The notes beneath the pieces were generated by a model. It was not told the origin of the DNA. It saw nothing but the letters and a program-made list of their open reading frames with translations, and did not search any database. From positions 1-44,528 of the forward strand of contig CADBOM010000141.1 in assembly GCA_902796325.1 (NCBI GenBank): a DNA stretch of 44,528 bases, written 5' to 3'. Source of the stretch: an uncultured Coriobacteriaceae bacterium (lineage in GTDB: Bacteria; Actinomycetota; Coriobacteriia; Coriobacteriales; CADBOM01). A program made the position numbers and the translations under genes. This document shows, piece by piece, positions 1 to 9,460 of the stretch; the first letter of the stretch is position 1, and every line of letters begins with the position of its first letter.

Positions 1-4
1 AAAA

Positions 5-400
5 CTAACGCTTGGAGAACTGCGGGCGCTTGCGGGCTTTCTTCAGTCCGTACTTCTTGCGCTCGACCATCCTGGAATCCCTGGTGAGGTATCCAGCCTT
101 CTTGAGGTCTGCGCGGTAATCGCCAGCCTCGAGAAGTGCACGGGCAATTCCCAGACGAACAGCGCCGGACTGTCCGGAGATGCCGCCACCATTGCAGATT
201 GCGATCACGTCGAAGTGATTCACGGTGTCGGTAACCTTGAAGGGAGCCAGAGCGTAGTCGAGAAGAGCCTCGCGGCCGAAGTAGTCCTTGCCATCACGCT
301 TGTTGATGGTGACCTTGCCGGTGCCGGGCATGATCCTCACACGAGCCACCGCATTCTTGCGACGGCCGGTTCCGTAATAAACTGCATCGTTGTTTGCCAT
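5..400 (-). CDS. rpsI: 30S ribosomal protein S9 (uS9)
   Basis: ORF 5..502 trimmed to the ATG at 400 ([21 protein letters not shown]...). The C-terminal ...[14 protein letters not shown] is the canonical uS9 tail. It lies 10 nt downstream of rplM, as in the conserved rplM-rpsI operon. Confidence 0.95.
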   Translation of the reverse strand: MANNDAVYYGTGRRKNAVARVRIMPGTGKVTINKRDGKDYFGREALLDYALAPFKVTDTVNHFDVIAICNGGGISGQSGAVRLGIARALLEAGDYRADLKKAGYLTRDSRMVERKKYGLKKARKRPQFSKR

Positions 401-410
401 CGTTATCACT

Positions 411-842
411 CTACCTAATCTCGATCTTGCGCGGATTCTGCGCTGCGTGCGGATGCTCAGGACCAGCATAGACCTTGAGCTTCTTGAGCATCTGGCGACC
501 AAGGGTGTTCTTGGGGAGCATGCCTGCTACGGCGTGCTGGATAACGCGCTCTGGATGCTTTGCCATGGCCTCCTGGAAGGTCTCGTGCTTGAGTCCACCT
601 GGATGACCAGTGTGCTTGTAATAAACCTTGTCGGTCTGCTTGTTGCCAGTGACCTTGACCTTGTCGGCGTTGATCACGACTACGAAATCCCCGGTATCAA
701 CATGCGGGGTGTACTGGGGCTTGGTTTTCCCGCGAAGAATCTGTGCAACCTGCACAGCCAGCTTGCCGAGAACAACGTCCTCTGCATCTACCAGCAGCCA
801 CTCGCGCTCCACCTCGCCGGGCTTCGCATAATAAGTCTTCAC
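411..842 (-). CDS. rplM: 50S ribosomal protein L13 (uL13)
   Basis: 143 aa, [29 protein letters not shown]...HTGHPGGLK..., a typical uL13. GTG start at 840-842 with GGAGGA 6 nt upstream. Confidence 0.95.
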   Translation of the reverse strand: MKTYYAKPGEVEREWLLVDAEDVVLGKLAVQVAQILRGKTKPQYTPHVDTGDFVVVINADKVKVTGNKQTDKVYYKHTGHPGGLKHETFQEAMAKHPERVIQHAVAGMLPKNTLGRQMLKKLKVYAGPEHPHAAQNPRKIEIR

Positions 843-916
843 TTAAGTTCCTCCAATTAAATTACCTGGACGTAGTTTCCATTAGCTTCACGGGGCCTAT
901 GAAAACGAACTGCAAA

Positions 917-945
917 ATTGTATAACCCAAACGAATCTCGGTCAA
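917..945 (-). promoter_or_regulatory. Candidate sigma70-type promoter for rplM-rpsI
   Basis: The minus strand reads TTGACC, then 17 nt, then TACAAT, about 70 nt upstream of the rplM GTG. Confidence 0.35.
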
Positions 946-1081
946 TTGAGTTTTGCCGCCTGCGCGGGGCAAACGGATTGAATACGGCAGCGTTTGGACA
1001 GCGCGAGCAACATCATGCGTAAAATGATTTCACATGCTGGGACACATCGGCATGACTTAGGGGAAATTTCGCGCAACAGTG

Positions 1082-1119
1082 AAAAACAGGTGGTTGCAAA
1101 CATCGTGCTTGCAACCACC
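1082..1119 (-). terminator. Intrinsic terminator downstream of the YtxH-like gene
   Basis: Perfect 11-bp stem GGTGGTTGCAA / TTGCAACCACC (1089-1099 / 1109-1119) with a 9-nt loop. On the minus strand it is followed by TGTTTTT. Confidence 0.6.
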
Positions 1120-1172
1120 TGCAAAACGTTCGCGTTTTGTTCGCGCTTGACTTGCGCTGGCTCTACGCCACT

Positions 1173-1586
1173 TTACTCCTCGGCAGGAGCCTCTGCCTCG
1201 GCCTCGGGCTCTGCAGCCTCTACAGGCTCCGCCTCTTCGGCAACCTGCTCGGCTTGCTCGGCTTCGGCATCGATGGTCTCGTTAGCGTCTGCAGCAGCCT
1301 TGGATGCAGCGGCATTCTTGGCTACCTGCTCGGCAATGATCTTCCTAGCGGCATCGATCTTTGCCTGCAGCTGATCGTTACTCTGATCCACGGTAGGACG
1401 AATGGAAGAAACCGAAGACTGGAAGTGCTGCACTCCCTGCTGATAGTACTCTTGGCTCTGTCCAAGGCAGCCCCTTGCAAATTCCTTGGCATCTTCCCTG
1501 TTCTCTTCACCGCTCTTGGGCGCTAGAAACAAACCTGCAGCCGCTCCCAGGAGGGCACCAATTACGAATACTCCGCCTTTGTTCAT
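1173..1586 (-). CDS. YtxH-domain general-stress-like protein with acidic Ala/Glu-rich tail
   Basis: ORF 1173..1607 trimmed to the ATG at 1586, which has GGGAGG upstream. MNKGGVFVIGALLGAAAGLFLAPKSGEENRE... matches the YtxH N-terminal helix motif. Confidence 0.75.
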   Translation of the reverse strand: MNKGGVFVIGALLGAAAGLFLAPKSGEENREDAKEFARGCLGQSQEYYQQGVQHFQSSVSSIRPTVDQSNDQLQAKIDAARKIIAEQVAKNAAASKAAADANETIDAEAEQAEQVAEEAEPVEAAEPEAEAEAPAEE

Positions 1587-1643
1587 TGTTCCTCCCAACT
1601 TCAGCACCCTTTACGGGCCGTGTTGTTAACTCATTGACACAAA

Positions 1644-1671
1644 CTTATAGCGAATTTTAGCACTTTTGCAA
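1644..1671 (-). promoter_or_regulatory. Candidate promoter for the YtxH-like gene
   Basis: The minus strand reads TTGCAA, then 16 nt, then TATAAG, about 55 nt upstream of the ATG at 1586. Confidence 0.35.
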
Positions 1672-1686
1672 ACATCGGTGTTCTCT

Positions 1687-1710
1687 CGCAATGACAATCG
1701 CAATGACAAT
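1687..1710. repeat. Perfect 12-bp tandem duplication CGCAATGACAAT x2
   Basis: Read directly: cgcaatgacaat at 1687-1698 and again at 1699-1710, in the 404-bp divergent intergenic region. Confidence 0.9.
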
Positions 1711-1990
1711 ATAGTGCCTGAAGTGCCCGCATGGCCTCCCCGTCAATTGCTCGGCCGCAGCTTTGCCAATGTCGGCATCATGTCGACATCGTATAACATG
1801 CACAGATGTCGATAATTTGACGCTATGTTTACGTTTGCGCCGTAAAGTGGCTCGGTTGCCCGCGTTGAATAATTTTCACAACCTTAACAAAGTTTGCCGC
1901 GCTGTATAATTGGCTTTCATGAAGATTCAGAAGGCAACCACACTGTGCTAGCTCGCAGCCCGTCGGTGCAAATCCTTCGAAAAGAGCTCT

Positions 1991-3247
1991 ATGCGCAAAT
2001 TCATCATTGGAATAATCATCGTGGTTGCCCTTGTCGTGGTTTTCATGCGCGGCGACTCGTTTTTCCAACTCATAGATACAATACAGACTGGCTCGATGAT
2101 TCCCATCGTCATAGCCATCTTCACCCAGCTGGGCAAATACGTGTCGCAGAGCTTCGCATTCTCTAACTCCTTTAAAACGGTTGGCGAAAAGCTAAGTCCA
2201 AAGCACACCATCAATCTGGTTTTTGGCCAGTTCTTCATGAACACCGTGGCGCCATCCGTTGGAGTTTCGGGAATCGCACTTGTCGTAGACGACTCGCGCA
2301 GAAGGGGAATCCCGGCTGGTAGGGCAACATCCGCAGCGCTCCTCATGCAGATTTCAATCGACAGCGGATTCCTCATCATCATGATCGGCGGATTCATAGT
2401 CCTCGCTGCCACGGGTCAATTTACCCCAGGTTGGCTCGTGTTCATGATAATCGTGGCTGCGATAGTTGGAGCCATGGTGGGTATTCTCGTGCTGGGTTAC
2501 AAGAAGCCCAGCCTCTTGCTCAAGATATTTCATTGGGTAGAGGGAATGGTCAACAAGGTCATCACCAAGTTCAAGAAAAAGCCGCTCGATCCTTGGGCCG
2601 ATCAGCTGGTGAACACATTCGGCGATGCCGCAGGACAGATAGCCCACAACCCCAACAAGGCCGTGAAGGTTTTCCTGTTCTCGATCTTGGCCAGCATTTG
2701 CGAGCTCACCTGCTTCATACTCTGCGGAGTTGGATTTGGCGTAACGTTGCTACCAGCTCTCATTGGAGGATACGTAGTGGCCACGCTGTTCGCGATGGTA
2801 TCCGTCACTCCTCAGGGAGTGGGATTCGTTGAGGCCGCGATCCTGGTAATGATGTCGGCCTACGGCATCAACACTGCTGCTGCAACGGCAATCGGAATCG
2901 TATACAGGGGCCTGGTATTCTGGATGCCTTTTGCAATCGGAGCCGTGCTCATCAACAAGACCAAGACTTTCCAAATCGAGAGAAAGCCAAAGTCCAAGAG
3001 TCGTAAGGTTAGGCGCGGTAAGAAGGCCAACGACAGCGTGGACGGCGACGCCGAAACCCCGTCCGATGAACTTGCGGTAAGAGATGCAGGCGGAGAGCTG
3101 GCGCAGGTATCGGACTCCACGATGAAGCAGGCAATGGCGGATATCCCGGTGATAGATGCAGAAATCAGGAATAGCCAGCAAGAAGCTCAGCGAAGCAGCA
3201 GCGAGAGAATTGCTGACAACAAATCCAGCAGCGACGACGCCCGATAA
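1991..3247 (+). CDS. Flippase-like / lysylphosphatidylglycerol-synthase TM-region family membrane protein with hydrophilic C-terminal tail
   Basis: 418 aa and polytopic. The N-terminus MRKFIIGIIIVVALVVVF... and segments such as FGQFFMNTVAPSVGVSG and PQGVGFVEAAIL resemble the LPG_synthase_TM (UPF0104) family. The last ~90 aa are charged and low-complexity. Confidence 0.7.
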   Translation: MRKFIIGIIIVVALVVVFMRGDSFFQLIDTIQTGSMIPIVIAIFTQLGKYVSQSFAFSNSFKTVGEKLSPKHTINLVFGQFFMNTVAPSVGVSGIALVVDDSRRRGIPAGRATSAALLMQISIDSGFLIIMIGGFIVLAATGQFTPGWLVFMIIVAAIVGAMVGILVLGYKKPSLLLKIFHWVEGMVNKVITKFKKKPLDPWADQLVNTFGDAAGQIAHNPNKAVKVFLFSILASICELTCFILCGVGFGVTLLPALIGGYVVATLFAMVSVTPQGVGFVEAAILVMMSAYGINTAAATAIGIVYRGLVFWMPFAIGAVLINKTKTFQIERKPKSKSRKVRRGKKANDSVDGDAETPSDELAVRDAGGELAQVSDSTMKQAMADIPVIDAEIRNSQQEAQRSSSERIADNKSSSDDAR

Positions 3248-3280
3248 CAACGGCGGCTCGTCAAACTAGGGCCTAAGGTC

Positions 3281-3820
3281 CTAGTGACGTAAGGGTTGAA
3301 GCGCCTCGCCAACAACCTGGCAGGCAAGCTGGAACGCCCGCTCCGTAATCTCGAATTCCACAGATTTCAGGGTAATTCTCGCAACCTGACCCTTGCGGTC
3401 CAGCCACACCGTGTATCCGGCAAAGCCCAACCCCTGATCCCTATATGCCCATACGAGCAGGTCTATTGCCACGTGCTCGATAAAGTGTGGGATGGACATA
3501 GGGGCAGCATTGGGATTCCCGGCATCTATGATATCCGAGGTGCATAGATGCTCTTTTAGAGTCGGGCACGCGATTTCGAACTGCTCTACCACGCTTGCAG
3601 GCATGTCCACCCCGCCGTGCACGCGCACCATGAAGTCCGCCGCACCGTCTCTGCGGCGCATGGCCATAAAATCGATGCGATCTCCGTAGTGGCAAGCGGT
3701 ACTCTGCGCGCGTCCGGCACGGTCGGTAGACCCGTGCACGGTAGCCTTGCCAGCCATCTCGACAGCAGCTACCTCGCCACGCTCAATCTCGCCCCGATCA
3801 CCTGTACCTACGGAGTCCAC
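3281..3820 (-). CDS. Small protein resembling the N-terminal domain of cyanophycin synthetase (stand-alone); hypothetical
   Basis: 179-aa ORF with a GTG start 3 nt after the stop of the upstream CNNM gene. CPTLKEHLC and PHFIEHVAIDLL resemble the P-L-x-H-x-C and H-x-x-EHVA-x-EL motifs of the CphA N-domain. The true start is uncertain; an ATG at 3757 is also possible. Confidence 0.5.
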   Translation of the reverse strand: MDSVGTGDRGEIERGEVAAVEMAGKATVHGSTDRAGRAQSTACHYGDRIDFMAMRRRDGAADFMVRVHGGVDMPASVVEQFEIACPTLKEHLCTSDIIDAGNPNAAPMSIPHFIEHVAIDLLVWAYRDQGLGFAGYTVWLDRKGQVARITLKSVEFEITERAFQLACQVVGEALQPLRH

Positions 3821-3823
3821 GGC

Positions 3824-5167
3824 TTAGCGTTCTTCCTTCTCGCCGTCATCGGACTCATCGTCCCGATCGTCATCGGGCTCGTCATCGTTGAGCTCGACCT
3901 TCAAAAGCGAGATGCGCTTTCTCCTCATAGACTGCACCGTGATGTTCATGTTGCCTATGGTAAAGCGCTCGCCGGGGGTTGGGATGAAGTCCACGGCATC
4001 CATGAGCCAGCCTGCAATGGTGTCATATTCGTCGGATTCCTCGATGGGCAGCCCCTCCTGCACGGCATCGTCAACCGGAAGCCTTCCGTCTATGAGCCAT
4101 TGGTTATCGGAGAGCTTCGTGATGAACTTGCGGTCGGGATCGTACTCGTCGGCAATCTCGCCCACGACCTCCTCCACGATATCCTCGATGGACAGAAGAC
4201 CCGCGGTTCCACCATATTCGTCCACAACTATGACGAGTTGCTGGTGCTCGCTCTGCATCTCGGAAAGAAGCGGCAGGATATCTTTGGTTTCGGGCACAAA
4301 CACTGGCTCGCGCATGAAGTTGGTTATGGGCTCGTGCTCCATGTCGTCCATGAGGGGCACCAGCAGGTCCTTAACCATGGCAATGCCGATGATCTTGTCC
4401 TGGTTTTCGTGGAACACCGGTATCCTGGAGAATCCGGTGCCGCGCATACGCTCCACCACCTGCTTTACGGTCATGGTGTCCTCGACGGTGGTCATGTCAA
4501 CACGTGGCACCATGATTTCGCGTGCCACGGTGTCGTCCATGTCCAGAACCTCGCCGATCATGCGCTTTTCCTCGTCGAGGAGCGAGTCCTGCTCGTTAAC
4601 CAGGATCTTTATCTCCTCCTCGGAAACCTGATCCTGGTCGTCTACGTTCTTGATCCCGAACAGCCTTGCCACCCCGTTGGTGGATGCGGCGAGAAACTTC
4701 ACAAATGGGGCCAGAACTTTTTCAAACACCTGCATGGCCTTGGCAACGCTCATGGAGGTTTTTTCGGGGTTGGCCATGGCTATGCGCTTGGGCACAAGCT
4801 CGCCCAATACAAGCGAGATGTATGCGAATACCAGCGTGACGAATGCAACGGCTATGAACTCGCTCCAGTTGGTTAGCCAACCAATACCGAAACTACTTAG
4901 CCATTGGGCTATTGGGTCTGAGATGGTTGTGGCCGCAACGGCCGATGTTATAAACCCGATGAGGGTGATTGCTATCTGGATGGTGGCGAACAGCTTGTCC
5001 ATGTCGGAGGATACGTCGAGCGCACGTTTGGCCGCGTTACTCCCCTCGTCTGCAGATTCTTGCAGACGAGCCTTGCGAACTCGCACCAAGGCCGTCTCGG
5101 CCATGGAGAAGTAGCCGTTCAAAACTATCAGCAAAAGGGCAATGATAATGCAGATAACCGGTTCCAT
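3824..5167 (-). CDS. CNNM/CorC-HlyC family transporter (DUF21 TM domain + CBS pair + CorC_HlyC) with acidic tail
   Basis: ORF 3824..5188. The preferred start is the ATG at 5167 (MEPVICIIIALLLIVLNGYFSMAETAL...), which has GAAGGTGG upstream. REIMVPRVDM, FSRIPV and EDIVEEVVGEI are classic for this family. Confidence 0.9.
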   Translation of the reverse strand: MEPVICIIIALLLIVLNGYFSMAETALVRVRKARLQESADEGSNAAKRALDVSSDMDKLFATIQIAITLIGFITSAVAATTISDPIAQWLSSFGIGWLTNWSEFIAVAFVTLVFAYISLVLGELVPKRIAMANPEKTSMSVAKAMQVFEKVLAPFVKFLAASTNGVARLFGIKNVDDQDQVSEEEIKILVNEQDSLLDEEKRMIGEVLDMDDTVAREIMVPRVDMTTVEDTMTVKQVVERMRGTGFSRIPVFHENQDKIIGIAMVKDLLVPLMDDMEHEPITNFMREPVFVPETKDILPLLSEMQSEHQQLVIVVDEYGGTAGLLSIEDIVEEVVGEIADEYDPDRKFITKLSDNQWLIDGRLPVDDAVQEGLPIEESDEYDTIAGWLMDAVDFIPTPGERFTIGNMNITVQSMRRKRISLLKVELNDDEPDDDRDDESDDGEKEER

Positions 5168-5399
5168 TATGCAGCCACCTTCTCGCAACGCTCAGAGCGC
5201 GCGGCTGCACAACTTGTATGTACCTTATATCTGCAACATCGACCAATCATTTGTACCATCCTCTTGGGCATTTTTGCCCGTATTGGAAATTGTATTTGAA
5301 CCCCGTCCGTGCGGAGTTGGATGCCTTCTAGAGTAAGGGGTCCATCCGAATCTTCCAGACGGAGTTCCATGGATGGACCCTTGGTTTTGCAATTGGACT

Positions 5400-5843
5400 T
5401 TAAGCCAAGATATCCTTTAGCTTGGAGGCGGCCCCGGCTTTGTCGAAGTTTCCGCCCGTCTTGGCTCCGAGCGCCTTCATTACCTTGCCCATATCCTTCT
5501 TGGTGCTTGCTCCGGTTTCGTCCAGAACCTGCTTGATAAGGGCATCCAGCTCCTCGCCGGCAATCTGCTTTGGAAGAAGATCTTCCAGTACTCCTACCTG
5601 GAACTTCAGCTTTTCAGTGCGCTCCTCGTTGTTGGCTGCCTTTATCGATGCCTCGAGAGTCTCGTTGGTTTGCTTCAAAACCCTCTTGATCATGCTGTCG
5701 ACATCTTCCGAGGTGGTTTCCCTGCGCTCGTTAACCTCGATGTTCTTTACCTCTCCAAGCACTTGTCGGAGGATTGCCAGACGATCCTTGTCTCTGGCCT
5801 TCATGGCAGCTTTTATCTGCTCCTGAAGTTCTTGCCTATCCAT
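5400..5843 (-). CDS. yqeY: GatB/YqeY-domain protein
   Basis: 147 aa. The N-terminus MDRQELQEQIKAAMKARDKDRLAILRQVLGEVKN... and the C-terminus ...KKDMGKVMKALGAKTGGNFDKAGAASKLKDILA are typical of YqeY. It begins 2 nt after the purE stop. Confidence 0.9.
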   Translation of the reverse strand: MDRQELQEQIKAAMKARDKDRLAILRQVLGEVKNIEVNERRETTSEDVDSMIKRVLKQTNETLEASIKAANNEERTEKLKFQVGVLEDLLPKQIAGEELDALIKQVLDETGASTKKDMGKVMKALGAKTGGNFDKAGAASKLKDILA

Positions 5844-5845
5844 CG

Positions 5846-6304
5846 CTACTGCGCCTGGCTTTCCTTAAAATCCGCATACTTCTTGGCATACTCGGCATCG
5901 CCGGTCGCAATGATCTGAACGGCGAGAAGGGCCGCGTTCTTGGCACCGTTGATTGCCACGGTTGCCACGGGAACGCCCTTTGGCATCTGAACGATCGAGA
6001 GCAGGGAATCCAGCCCGCCAAGATCACTGGTCTTGATCGGCACTCCGATTACCGGCAGCGGGGTATGGGAAGCCACCACTCCTGGCAGAGCCGCCGCCTT
6101 TCCGGCAGCTGCGATTATCACCTTGATTCCGCGATCCTTGGCGCTCTTCGACCACTCCGCGACCTTCTCCGGTGCACGATGTGCCGAGGCCACGATGAAA
6201 TCGTACTCAACGCCAAACTCCTCCAGAGTCTGCATGCAGGGCTCCATGGTCTCGGAATCCGACTTCGAACCAAGGATGACCCCTACCAGTGGCTTATCAC
6301 TCAT
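5846..6304 (-). CDS. purE: 5-(carboxyamino)imidazole ribonucleotide mutase
   Basis: 152 aa: [10 protein letters not shown]...[23 protein letters not shown]...[28 protein letters not shown]. Confidence 0.95.
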   Translation of the reverse strand: MSDKPLVGVILGSKSDSETMEPCMQTLEEFGVEYDFIVASAHRAPEKVAEWSKSAKDRGIKVIIAAAGKAAALPGVVASHTPLPVIGVPIKTSDLGGLDSLLSIVQMPKGVPVATVAINGAKNAALLAVQIIATGDAEYAKKYADFKESQAQ

Positions 6305-6655
6305 CTTTAACTATCCCCTCTCGGAAAGCTTCCGTGCCATTGCTTCCATGCGCCTGTGCAGAGTACCCAAAACGCGCGACTGCCACGCATAATCACGCGC
6401 AGCATGCAACTTTGTTCCACGTACCTGCAATACCAACTTGTTGCACCACATATGGAGGTGGTTTGCCAGCAAATCCACATTATGAGCAGCTAGTCGAGCG
6501 TTCCATGAAAAGGCAACGCTCACCAAACCATAACCATACGCTTGGCACGTTGATGGACGCACGCAAACAAACCAATGATAACATGCGCATAGAAATCAAC
6601 TGCGGCATCATTCGTTATTGCCGCTTCGCATTGTTTATTCGGAGTAGATGCGCAA

Positions 6656-8485
6656 GTGGACACTGAAGAAAAACTTACACCAGAAGAAAAAGCCTATCGT
6701 GAGCGCGTTGCGAACGTCCCGTACTACAGCGGGAGCATCACAATCGATGAGGAAATTCCGCTATCATCGGGCGAGGCTTTGAGCAATATCACCGTCGCAT
6801 ACGATACCTGGGGAACGCTGAACAGCGAGAAGGACAACGTTATCTTGATCGAGCACGCGTTGTCCGGGAACTCCCATGCTGCCGACGCATTTAGGAAGGG
6901 CAGCTTCCGCGAAGGTTGGTGGAACAGGATCGTCGGCCCTGGAAAGGTCATCGACACCGAGAAATACTACGTGATTTGCTCCAACGTTTTGGGCGGATGC
7001 TCTGGAACAACCGGACCTTCGTCTATCAAGCCTGGAACAGACCATCCCTATGGAATGGATTTCCCGGTTGTCACCGTCAAGGACATGGTGGTTGTTCAGC
7101 GTAAGATGCTCGAGCGCATGGGAATCAATCGCGTGAAGGCCGTCATGGGTGGATCGCTTGGAGGAATGCAGTCTCTGGTCTGGGCCAAGAAGTACCCGGA
7201 CGTTGTGGAGAACTGCATCGCCATCGCCACCACTTGGAGAACCTCTGCGCAATCCATCGCATTCAACGAGGTTGGCAGAAGGTCGATTATCCACGACCCA
7301 GGGTTCAACAACGGCCAGTACAAGAAGGGCGAGCAGCCCAAGCACGGCTTTGCAATCGCCCGCATGATCGGCCACATCACATATCTGTGTAACGAATCGA
7401 TGAACCGCAAGTTCGGGCGCGACATCGTGGGCGACAAGATAGACTTCACCATGGGCAAGGAATTCCAGGTGGAGAGCTACCTCGAGCACCAAGGATACAA
7501 GTTCGTAGACCGCTTCGATGCCAACTCTTACCTGTACATCACGAGGGCCATCGACTACTTTGCCCTATGCCACTCCCCGGAGGCAATCGTCAACAGATTC
7601 AAGGACTCCCCTGTGAAGTTCCTGATCCTGTCCTACGACTCCGATTGGCTTTTCCCAACCAGCCAGATGAAGGAACTGCTCAACGCGCTCACCACTGCTG
7701 GCGTGAATGCCACATTTGCAGAGATCAACTACCCGTATGGACACGATTCCTTCCTCTTGGAGGAAGACAAGCAGTCGCGCTACATCAAGGCATTCCTCGA
7801 TGGCGAGCTCATTGACAGCAGTGATGGCAGCCAATCAGGCTCGCAGGCATCGAACAAGAAGCCAGGCCACAACAAACCAGTGGAGTCGCGTGCCGATCTT
7901 CAGGCCATCTCCAAGCTCGTGACGCAGGGAAGCAGGGTTCTCGACCTTGGCTGCGGCAGCGGAGAGCTGCTTGCAGAACTTCGCGACAACATGGGATGCT
8001 CGGTTTACGGCATCGACTTCGACGAGAACGAGACCATCGCCACGGCAGCTCACGGAATACCGGTTATCAAGCACGATCTGGAAGAAGGATTGCCCATGTT
8101 CCCCGACAAATCCTTCGACTTCGTGATCTTGTCGCTGGCCTTCATGCAAATTCGCAATCAGAAAAACCTGTTCCAGGAGATGCTGCGCGTTGGCAAGAAG
8201 GTAATCATCACCTTCCCCAACTTTGGATACCGCAAGCTGCGTAACTACCTGATGTTCAAGGGCAGGATGCCGGTTGGAACATCGATCCCGTACACTTGGT
8301 ACGAGACCCCCAATATCCATCACACGACGCTGCTGGATTTCAGGGATTTCGTCACCGACAACGATGGAGTGATCGAGCACGAGGATTACCTGAAGGAATG
8401 CTCGTCGGGCAAGTACAAGAAGATCTCGTTCCACCCGAACATGAGGGCAGACACCATCATAGTGGTGGCATCTTCGAAGGAATAG
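6656..8485 (+). CDS. metX: Fused homoserine O-acyltransferase MetX and MetW methionine-biosynthesis protein
   Basis: 609 aa with a GTG start at 6656. Residues ~1-385 form an alpha/beta-hydrolase MetX (GGSLGGMQ nucleophile elbow, HDSFLLE near its end). A Ser/Gly/Gln linker follows. Residues ~410-609 are MetW-like (VLDLGCGSGELL, FDFVILS, RVGKKVIITFPNFGY, GRMPV, YTWYETPNIHHTTLLDF). Confidence 0.9.
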   Translation: MDTEEKLTPEEKAYRERVANVPYYSGSITIDEEIPLSSGEALSNITVAYDTWGTLNSEKDNVILIEHALSGNSHAADAFRKGSFREGWWNRIVGPGKVIDTEKYYVICSNVLGGCSGTTGPSSIKPGTDHPYGMDFPVVTVKDMVVVQRKMLERMGINRVKAVMGGSLGGMQSLVWAKKYPDVVENCIAIATTWRTSAQSIAFNEVGRRSIIHDPGFNNGQYKKGEQPKHGFAIARMIGHITYLCNESMNRKFGRDIVGDKIDFTMGKEFQVESYLEHQGYKFVDRFDANSYLYITRAIDYFALCHSPEAIVNRFKDSPVKFLILSYDSDWLFPTSQMKELLNALTTAGVNATFAEINYPYGHDSFLLEEDKQSRYIKAFLDGELIDSSDGSQSGSQASNKKPGHNKPVESRADLQAISKLVTQGSRVLDLGCGSGELLAELRDNMGCSVYGIDFDENETIATAAHGIPVIKHDLEEGLPMFPDKSFDFVILSLAFMQIRNQKNLFQEMLRVGKKVIITFPNFGYRKLRNYLMFKGRMPVGTSIPYTWYETPNIHHTTLLDFRDFVTDNDGVIEHEDYLKECSSGKYKKISFHPNMRADTIIVVASSKE

Positions 8486-8581
8486 CGCGCGGATAACGTG
8501 CTAGTAGCGCGCGAGGAAAGCGCAGATTACACAGCAAGTAGCGCCGGGGAATCCAGCCTATCGGGCGATGCTGTGCGTGAT

Positions 8582-8613
8582 AAAAAGAAATGGTGCCAGA
8601 TGGCACCATTTTT
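8582..8613. terminator. Bidirectional intrinsic terminator between convergent metXW and the HAD gene
   Basis: AAAAAGAAATGGTGCC-agat-GGCACCATTTTTCTT: a 10-bp perfect stem (8588-8597 / 8602-8611) flanked by an A-run and a T-run. Confidence 0.7.
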
Positions 8614-8614
8614 C

Positions 8615-9367
8615 TTACCAGCCCCAAGATGCAAGCACCGCGGGAATCTCCTTGATGCTGTTAACCTTGGCAGTTGCCGGGGCCAACTCATCGGCATCGC
8701 CAAAACCATAAAGACATCCGATAGATTTTAAGCCTCTCGTGGTGGCCAGCTCGATGTCGTGGAACCTATCCCCTATGGCAACGTATTCGATGCCTGCTGC
8801 ATCGCCAGGCGCACAGGCCCTAAGCCCAAAATCGCGCTCTATGTACTCGAACACCTTGGGCTTTGGCTCGTAATCGTAATCTCCCGTGCAGTAGAACCCG
8901 CTGAAAATCTCGTCCAGCTTAAATGCCTCGTTGTGAGCCTCCATGTAGCCGTGATCGCAGTTGCTCAAGAACACCAGCTTGTAACCCGCGTCTTTCAGAG
9001 ACACCAAGGTTTGGCGTGCTCCCGGATACATGCGAGCTCCACCGTTGGATATCTCCCAGTACATGTTGCGGCCAACTTCTTCCGCGCACCTTTTCTTAAG
9101 GTCGTCCGAAAGGTCGGGCATGAAGCTGTTCCACATATCCTTGGTGCTCCAACCCAGCCATCCTGCAATCTGAGAGTCCATTAGATTGCGCATCGGAGCG
9201 TATCCGTTCGACACCAGCCAGGCATACACTCGCCTCAGAGCAGGCGCGTAGATACCCAGGGAATCGTGAATCGTGCCATCGTAGTCGAATATCAGCACAA
9301 CGTTATCGTGGCTGCGGGTTCCAATCTCCCCCGCAGCCACCGCATCAGTATTATTGGTCATGGACAT
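8615..9367 (-). CDS. HAD-superfamily (subfamily IA-like) phosphatase
   Basis: 250 aa. Motif I is FDYDGTIHDS, motif III is the Lys in EPKPKV and motif IV is IGDRFHD. It lies 93 nt downstream of ribH on the same strand. Confidence 0.85.
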   Translation of the reverse strand: MSMTNNTDAVAAGEIGTRSHDNVVLIFDYDGTIHDSLGIYAPALRRVYAWLVSNGYAPMRNLMDSQIAGWLGWSTKDMWNSFMPDLSDDLKKRCAEEVGRNMYWEISNGGARMYPGARQTLVSLKDAGYKLVFLSNCDHGYMEAHNEAFKLDEIFSGFYCTGDYDYEPKPKVFEYIERDFGLRACAPGDAAGIEYVAIGDRFHDIELATTRGLKSIGCLYGFGDADELAPATAKVNSIKEIPAVLASWGW

Positions 9368-9460
9368 GCATCTCGCCAGTCCCGGGCTCCTCGCCCGAAT
9401 ATCGCTTCACTGCAAGCTTTATGCTTCTCTGCAAACTTCTTCTTGTTCGAAAGCTGCCGC

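Noticed and set aside
3617-4876. 419-aa plus-strand ORF (and the 247-aa ORF at 3888..4631)
   Set aside because: It is antisense to the well-supported CNNM/CorC gene, with no recognisable domain. Shadow ORF.
6305-6655. SAM riboswitch (S-box, SAM-IV or other) upstream of metX-metW
   Set aside because: No match by eye to the S-box core (GAGGGA...GGCCC...) or to other SAM classes I can recall. The region looks like a plain divergent promoter region.
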